A stretch of DNA of 64,000 bases. Origin: Mobula birostris (lineage: Eukaryota). Position numbers and translations under genes: made by a program. The stretch's first letter is position 1. Each line of letters starts with the position of its first letter. The notes under the pieces were generated by a model. It saw nothing but the letters and a program-made list of their open reading frames with translations. It made no database searches and was not told the DNA's origin. Shown one piece after another: positions 51,001 through 60,000 of the stretch. Where the stretch lies: the NCBI RefSeq assembly GCF_030028105.1, contig NW_027274036.1:496001-560000 (forward strand). The letters are read 5' to 3'.

Positions 51001-54000
51001 ACATGATAGAGGTATACAAGATATTAAGAGGAATAGATAGAGCAGACAGCCTGCGCCTCTTCCCCAGGGCACCACTGCTCAATACAAGAGGACATTGCTT
51101 TAAGGTAAGGGGTGGGAAGTTCAAGGGGGATATTAGAGGAAGGTTTTTTTACTCAGAGAGTGGTTGGTGCGTGGAATGCACTGCCTGAGTCAGTGGTGGA
51201 GGCAGATACACTCGTGAAATTTAAGAGACTGCTAGATAGGTATATGGAGGAATTTAAGGTTGGGGGTTATATGGGAGGCAGGGTTTAAGGGTCGGCACAA
51301 CATTGTAGGCCGAAGGGCTTGTACTGTGCTGTACTATTCTATGTTCTAAGTTCTAATTCAGCCTATTGATTTTGTGCTGCTTTCAACTTGGTTCCACTTC
51401 CGGCAGCTGTAGCTTCAAAATCAAGTTCTTTGTCAGATGCACAAATCCATGTGTGCACGTGTGCAATGCAAAATGTGCCTGCAGCAGCATCAGGGGCACA
51501 CTGCATCATTCACAAGCACGCATCCCAATACTGTGTAAATATGTTGAGGGTTTTCAAAGAAATAAAGATTAGTTTTATTTGTCACATGTACATTGAAGCA
51601 TACAGTGAAATGTGCTGTTTGTTCAATGACCAACACAGTCCAAGAATGTGCAGGGGCAGCCCACAAGTGTTGCCATGCTGCTGGCATCAACATAGCATGC
51701 CTATAACTTACTAACCCTAACCCTAACCAAGTCTTTGGAAGATGAGAGGAAAGCAAATCACCTGTGCAGTAATAAGGAGAATGTACAAACTCTTTACAGA
51801 GAGCAGACCCTGCTAAGTGATCACTGGGGATGTAATGCTGCCTCCAACCTTCCCCTTTGGTGAATCCCAGACCCCATCTAAACTGTGCCAAAATTGTCTT
51901 GGTATAAAGGACGTGATCTTGTGCTGAAAATTCTGGATTAAGACTCAAAACCACAATTAACTGTTTAACAGATCATTGTCTGTCATTGTCAGACTGAAAT
52001 CACCTTGCCCAGTTTACTAATCAATGATATCATCTGCAGTAGCGTGTTCTGTCAGGAACCCTTATTGTGTTTGGTGGCCTTACAGGGGCTGCAAAGGAAT
52101 TGTTTTCTGGCCTATCCCTTGTCATGGGCAGCCCTTGCATAAACTGTTCACTAGCACTAGCGGTAATAGAGGCATTTAGCGTGTCTTTCAAAGAAAACAC
52201 CAACCGATAAATGGCAAAGTTTTGTAGGCTGCCAGAGAGAGCAGCGTTTACAAACTTTGGCTCAAGGCTTTAGTGAAGAAGCACAGGCGAGTAGCCGGTA
52301 AAACTTTTGTAGTGGTTGAATAAATAAGTCGTCAAATTACAACTAATTAAATAAAGTAGGGAAGATGCAGGATCAGGCGATGTGCTGTAGCTGCATGATA
52401 TGAGAGCTGGTGGACCCCATTGTGTTTCCTGGTGATCACATCTGCAGCAAGTGTTGGCTGCTCGAGGAACTCAGGCTCAAAGTTGATGACGCAGTGCTTC
52501 AAACACTACAGCACATCAGGGAGGAGAGAGTTACCTGGATTCTCTGTTTCAGGAGGTAGTCAACATCCATTAAATTAGCTGCCTCAAATTCAGTCAGTGG
52601 TCAGGGACAAGAGGATGTAACTGTGAGTGAGGTGGGTAGTGGGATCCAAGAGACAGTGCAGGAGGAGCCTCAACCCTTGAGCTTGTCCAACAGGTCTGAG
52701 ATTTTTGCTTCCTGTGTGGATGGGAGTGGGGGCTGTAGGTAGGATGAGCAACCTAACTGTGGCACCATAGTTCAGGGAGCCATTCAAGAGGGGGGAGAGA
52801 AAAGAAATGTAGTGGTAATTAGGAATAGTATAGTCAGGGGAATGAATAGAGTTCTGTGTCACGGAGATAGAACATCCCTAAGGCTGCGTTGCCTTCCTGG
52901 TGCCCAGGTTCAGGACATCTTATCTGATTTGCATAGAAATTTACAGTTGGAGGGGAAAGATCCATTTGCCGTGGTCCACGTGGGTACCAACAACATAGGT
53001 AGAATGAGGACAAAGGTTCTGCTGAGGGAATATGAGCAGCCAGGGACTAACTTAAAAAGTAGGACCAAAAATATGGAAATCTCTCGATTACTACCTGAGC
53101 CACGGGCAAATTGGCATAGTGTCAAGAAGATTAAAGAGTTAAATGTGTGGCTGAAGGATTGGTGTGGGAGAAATGGGTTTGAATTGATGGGAAACTGGTA
53201 CTGGTATTGGGGAAGGAGGGAATTGTTCCTTTGGGACAGGCTCCACTTGAACCTTGATGGCACCTGGATCCTGGCGATTGTGGATAGGGCTTTATAAATA
53301 GCATGGGGGTGGGTTCAAAAGATAGGTGAAGCTTGGATAAAGTAAAAGAGAAAAGCATGGATAAAGATGAAGTAAAAGCAAAAGTGAAAAAAGAGAAAAA
53401 TAAGGGTGGAGTGCAGAAAAGTCAAGTGCATAACAGACAAAGATTACAAGGTTTCAAAGGCACGATGAGTGTAAGGGCACTTTATCTGAATGCCCATACT
53501 ATTCGTAAGAAAGTCAGTGAGCTTGTGGCACAAATCAGTACAAAGGGGTGTGACTTAGTGGGCATTACAGAAATGTGGTTGCAGGATGGAGAGGATTAGG
53601 AATTAAATATCCAAAGGTATCAGGTAATACGGAAAGATAGGCAGGAAGGTAAGGTAGCACTCTTAATTAAGGATGAGATCAAGGCAATAGTGAGAGATGA
53701 TATATGATCTAAGAGGCAGAAAGTTGAATCCATCTGAGTAGAGATTAGTAATAGTAAAGATAAAAAAAGTACTGGTGGGAGTTATTTATCGGCCACTGAA
53801 TAACATTACAGTTATTCAGTGGATTTTCAAAAGGCTTTTGGCTTTTGGGTTTTCAAAAGGCTTTTGACAAGGTCCCACACAGGAGATTGGTGTGCAAGCT
53901 TAAAGCACACGGTATTGAGGGTAGGGTATTGATGTGGATAGAGAATTGGTTGGCAGACAGGAGCAAGGAGTGGGAATAAACGGGACCTTTTCAGAATGGC

Positions 54001-57000
54001 AGGCAGTGACTAGTGGGGTACCGCAAGGCTCAGTGCTGGGCCCCCAGTTGTTTACAATATATATTAATGACTTAGATGAGGGAATTAAATGCAGCATCTC
54101 CAAGTTTGCGGATGACATGAAGCTGGGCGGCAGTGAGGAGGATGCTAAGGATGCAGGGTGACTTGGATAGGTTAGGTGAGTGGGCAAATTCATGGTAGAT
54201 GCAATTTAATGTGGATAAATGTGAGGTTACCCACTTTGGTGGCAAAAACAGGAAAACAGATTACTATCTGAATGGTTGCCGATTAGGAAAAGGGGAGGTG
54301 CAACGAGACCTGGGTGTCATTATACACCAGTCATTGAAAGTGGGCATACAGGTACAGCAGGCGGTGAAAAAGGCGAATGGAATGCTGGCATTTATAGCGA
54401 GAGGATTTGAGTACAGGAGCAGGGAGGTACTACTGCAGTTGTACAAGGCCTTGGTGAGACCACACCTGGAGTATTGTGTGCAGTTTTGGTCCCCTAATCT
54501 GAGGAAAGACATCCTTGCCATAGAGGGAGTACAAATAAGGTTCACCAGATTGAATCCTGGGATGGCAGGACTTTCATATGATGAAAGACTGGATCGACTA
54601 GGCTTATACTCATTGGAATTTAGAAGATTGAAGGGGGATCTTATTGAAACCTATAAAATCCTAAAGGGATTGGACAGGCTAGATGCAGGAAGATTGTTCC
54701 GGATTTTGGGGAAGTCCAGAACGAGCGGTCACAGTTTGAGGATAAAGGGGAAGCCTTTTAGGACTGAGATTAGGGAAAACTTCTTCACACAGGGAGTGGT
54801 GAATCTGTGGAATTCTCTGCCACAGGAAACAGTTGAAGCCAGTTCATTGGCGATATTTAAGAGGGAGTTAGATATGGCCCTTGTGGCTAAAGGGATCAGG
54901 GGGTATGGAGGGAAGACAGGTGCAGGGTTCTGAGTTGGATGATCAGCCATGATCATACTGAATGGCGGTGCAGGCTCGAAGGGCCGAATGGCCTACTCCT
55001 GCACCTATTTTCTATGTTTCTATGTTTCTATGCACTTTCTCAATCGAAAGAAACCAGTTAGCAGAACCATTTTTCAAAATGATCCAGAGGCGAGCGGGGT
55101 AAATTAGTGAAGGTTTACAGTCTTCGTTACATAACTCCGCCGTGACCTTTTTATACTTAAAGCATTCATTTAATACCTCAGGCAAATAATCTTCGGCCAG
55201 CCTTATCTTATAATCTTGAAAGTTAATCATACCTAACCGACGAGATTGGCGAATTATAGTAACCCCTGTTTGGAAGTCATGCAAAGCAATTATCACAGGT
55301 CGAGGTTTTTGTTGAGAAGAGAGTCTAAACACTGGGGCTTGGTGTGCCCAGTCTATTCTTGGCGGAGTATCCAAAACATCAGAAAACAAACGAGCCCACA
55401 GCTTTGCAAAAAATTCTGAAGGTCGATTGCCTTCAACCAACTCAGGAAAACCCAAAATTTGTATATTGTTCCTTCTTGATCTATTCTCCAAGGTGACAAT
55501 CTTTTGTCTTAAAGATTCAACGTTTTTCAATTGTTTATCTCCGAACTTTTCCAACTCATCTGTCTTAGTAACCAGTCTCGTTAAAGTGTCTTCATGTTCT
55601 TGAATCTGAGTAGTATGTTCCTGTAAAGTTTTTTGAATAGTCTGTAGCAGAATCTCCATTCATTTAAGCTCTGTGGTAATTTTTAAACACACATCTGAAA
55701 GTTGTTCAGACGTTCTGCTCTGAGGTTTCCGAACTAGCTCCGCGATAGCTTCCATAGTCACAGAAGCATCCTCTTCTTTTTTAGCAGTTTTAGCATGAGG
55801 CATCATAATACTCCAAGAGTAAGTTTTCAAAGCAGATTGGATTCAGTAATTTAAAAAGAATGGAGCCATTCGAGAAACACATCTACTCCATGCAATGCCA
55901 GTGGGAGGAGAGTCAGTAAAAGTTTTTATAATTATATAAAATGGAAAAAGATGATCAAAGTGAATGTAGGTCCCTTGGAGGACGAGAAGGGGGAATGGAT
56001 ATGATATGGATGCAATGGGAGCAGAGGACGTTGATACAATAGTTATCACTAAAGAGGTAGTGCTGAGCAAACTTGTGTGCCTAAAGATAGACAAGTCCCC
56101 TGGTCCTGATGGAATGCATCCCAGGGCATGGATTCAGCAAAGGCAGGTCCTGTTTGACAAATTTACTGGAGTCCTTTGAGGATATAAACAGAGTGAATGG
56201 AGGGGAACAGTTATGGTAGGGTACAGGAACAGTGGTGTACAAAGGCTGCAATAAATTTTGTCAAGAATTAAAGAAAAGCTTGCGAAAGGTTCAGAGAGCG
56301 AGGTAAAGTTAGAGATCTAGAAGATTATAAGGCAAACAGGAAGGAAATTAGGAGATTAGGAAATTAGGAAATTAGGGGACCCAGAAGGGTCAATGAGAAG
56401 GTCTTGGCGGGCAGGATTAAAGAAAACCACAAGGCATTCTACAAGTATGTGAAGAGCAAGAGGATAAGACGTGAAAGAATAGGACCTATCGAGTATGACA
56501 GTGGGAAAGTGTGTATGGAACTGAAGGAAATAGCAGAGGTACTTAATGAATACTTTACTTTACTTCAGTATTCACTATGGAAAAGGATCTTGGTGATTGT
56601 AGTGATGACTTACAGCGGATTGAAAAGCTTGAGCATGTAGATATTAAGAAAGAGGATGTGCTGGAGCTTTTAGAAAGGATCAAGTTGGATAAGTCGCCAG
56701 GACCAGATGAGGTGTACCCTAGGCTACTGTGGGAAGCGAGGGAGGACAATGATCTTTGCATCATCAGTGGGGACGGGAGAGGTTCCGGAGCATTGGAGGG
56801 TTGCGGATGCTGTTCCCTTATTCCAGAAAGGGAGTAGTGATAGCCCAGGAAATTATAGGCCAGTGAGTCTTACTTCAGTGGTTGGTAAATTGATAGAGAA
56901 GATTCTGAGAGGCAGGATTTATGAACATTTGGAGAGGTAAAATATGATTAGGAATAGTCAGCAATGGCTTTGTCAAGGACAGGTCGTGCCTTATGAGCCT

Positions 57001-60000
57001 GATTGAATTTCTTGAGGATGTGACTAAACATATTGTTGAAGGAAGAACAGTAGATGTAGTGTATATGGATTTCAGCAAATACCCCATCCAAGGCTTATTG
57101 AGAAAGTAAGGAGACATGGGGACATTGCTTTGTGGATCCAGAACTGGCTTGCCCACAGAAGGCAAAGAGTGGTGGTAGTCATAGTCATAGTCATACTTTA
57201 TTGATCCCGGGGGAAATTGGTTTTCATTACAGTTGCACCATAAATAATAAATAGTAATAGAACCATAAATAGTTAAATAGTAATATGTAAATTATGCCAG
57301 TAAATTTTGAAATAAATCCAGGACCAGCTTATCAGCTCAGGGTGTCTGACCCTCCAAGGAAGGAGTTGTAAAGTTTGATGGCCACAGGCAGGAATGACTT
57401 CCTATGACGTCTGTGCTGCATCTCGGAGGAATGAGTCTCTGGCTGAATGTACTCCTGTGTCCACCCAGTACATTATGTAGTGGATGGGAGACATTGACCA
57501 AGATGGCATGCAACTTAGACAGCATCCTCTTTTCAGACACCACCGTGAGATGGGTCATATTCTGCATGGAGGCCGGTGACCAGTGGTGTGCCTCAGGGAT
57601 CTGTTCTGGGACCCCTTTTTATAAATGACCTGGATGAGGAAGTGGAGGGATGGGTTTGTAAATTTGCTGATGACACAAAGGTTGGGGGTGTTGTGGATAG
57701 TGTGGAGGGCTGTCAGAGGTTGCAGAGGGACATTGATAGGATGCAAAACTGGGCTGAGAAGTGACAGATAGAGTTCAACCCAGATAAGTGTGAAGTGGTT
57801 CATTTTAGTAGGTCAAGTATGATGGCAGAACTCTTGGCAGTGTGAAGGATCAGAGAGATCATGGGGTCCAAGTCCATAGGACGCTCAAAGCAGCTGCACA
57901 GGTTGACTCTGAGGTTAGAAAGATATACGGTGTATTGGTCTTCATCAATTGTGGAACTGAATTTAGTTGCTGAGAGGTAATTTTGCAGCTATATAGGGCT
58001 CTGGTCAGACCCCACTTGGAGTACTGTGCTCAGTTCTGGTCGCCTGACTATAGGAAGGATGTTGAAAGCATAAAAAGGGTGCAGAGGAGATTTACAAGGA
58101 TGTTGCCTGGATTGGTGAGCATGCCTTATGAAAACAGGTTGAGTGAACTCAGCCTTTTCTCCTTGGAGCGACGGAGGATGAGAGGTGACCTGATAGAGGT
58201 GTACAAGATAATGAGAGGCATTGATCATGTGGATAGTCAGAAGCTTTTCCCCAGGGCTGAATTGGCTGCCACAAGAGGGCACAGGTTTAAGGTGCTGGGG
58301 AGTAGGTACAGAGGAGATGTCAGGGGTAAGTTTTTTTTATGCAGAGAGTGATGAGTGCATAGAATGGGCTGCCGGCAACAGTGGTGGAGGCAGATACGAT
58401 AAGGTCTTTTAAGAGACTTTTGGATAGGTACATGGAGCTTAGAAAAATAGAGGGCTATGGGTAACCCTAGTAAATTCTAAGGTAGGGACATGTTCGGCAC
58501 AACTTTGTTTCTATGTTTCTATAAATGATAAAAGATTGCAGCATGCTGCTGTGCAGAAGGACTTGGCGTGAAGGCTTGTACATGCATCACAAAAGGTTGG
58601 TTTGCAGGTGCAGCAGGCTATCAAGAAGGCAAAAGGAATGTTGGCTTTCACTGCTAGAGGGATTGAATTTAAGAGCAGGGAGGTTGTGCTGGAGTACTGC
58701 ATACAGTTCTGGTATCATGTACTGGCTTTTGAGGTGGTGCAGAAGAGGTTCACCTAGTTGATTCCAGAGATGAGGGGTTAGACTATAAAGAGAGATTGAG
58801 TCACCTGTACTCGCTGGAATTAAGAAGAATTAGAGGAGATCTTGTATAAAACATGTCAAATTATGAAAGGGGTAGATAAGATAGAGGTAGGAAAGTTGTC
58901 TTCACTGGTATATGAGACTGCAACTAGGGGGCATAGCCTCAAGATTCTGGGGAGTAAATTTAGGATGGAGGTGAGGAGGATCTGCTTTTCCCAAAGAATG
59001 GTGACTCTATGGAAGTCTCTGCCGAAGGAAGCAGTGGAGGCTACCTCAGTAACTATATTTAAGACAAGGTTGGATAGGTTTTTGTGTTGTAGGGGATTTA
59101 ATGGTTATGGAGAAAAGGCAAGTATATTGAGATGAGTCCATGGTCAGATCAGCCATGATCTTATTGAATGGCAGAGCAGGCTCGACGGGCCAGGTGGCCT
59201 ATTCCTGTTCCTATTTCTTATGTTCTTATGTTATGTTGACTCAAAGAACCCAAGTCCTAGTCTGTCATGGTCCGGTCTGTGAAGTCCACATTCCGGTTCA
59301 CGATCCAGTTCGTCGACTCAGTGCTCCGGGTCTTCCTGCAATCCCATGTTTTGATTGAGTTAAGCATAGGCACCTGATTCCCATCTTACGGCTTGGAATA
59401 TAAGTAGCCTTGGGGTTGAGTGTGGGCTTCTGGTTTGTCTTGTCAGTCCCCCTTGGAGCAACCTGCTGATGGAAGGCTAGTGAAACCATTCGTGATCTCT
59501 AGGCCTGGTTGGAGGACCACTGCTTCATGGAGCCTTGTTACCACTTGTTGGAGTAGTCTTTGAGGTATGGATTCGGCTGTTTCCCAGGCCAGCTGAGTGG
59601 CCGTCAGCCATTCCGAGCTAGGCAGGGATCTGGCTGTTTCCGTAGCCAGTGGAGGTTGCTGGGTGTAACTGCGACTTGGAGCAACCCTGAAGCAGAGATG
59701 GAACTGTCTGTCATTCTTTGGTGTTTGTCCCTTCTTGTCCTCACCTCAGTTTGCCATTGCCCTGCCGGGGGGTTCTGTCTTGTCTTGTCCTCGCCTCTAT
59801 GGGGTAGGTTAGGCCATTTTGCCATTGCCCTGCGGGGGGGACATGTCTTCTCTTGTCTTTGTCTCTGTTGGGTAAGTCCGGCCATTCTGCCGTTACTCAA
59901 CAGGTGAACCTGTCCTATCTTGATGTGGAGAGGTTGAGTCCTGGTTTGTCTAAGTATAAGTCCCAGCTCTATGTCTATGTACTGTCCTGTCTCATGTTGG

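Noticed and set aside
51711-51728. Interstitial telomeric repeat (TAACCC)3
   Set aside because: Too short, and embedded in a SINE fragment.
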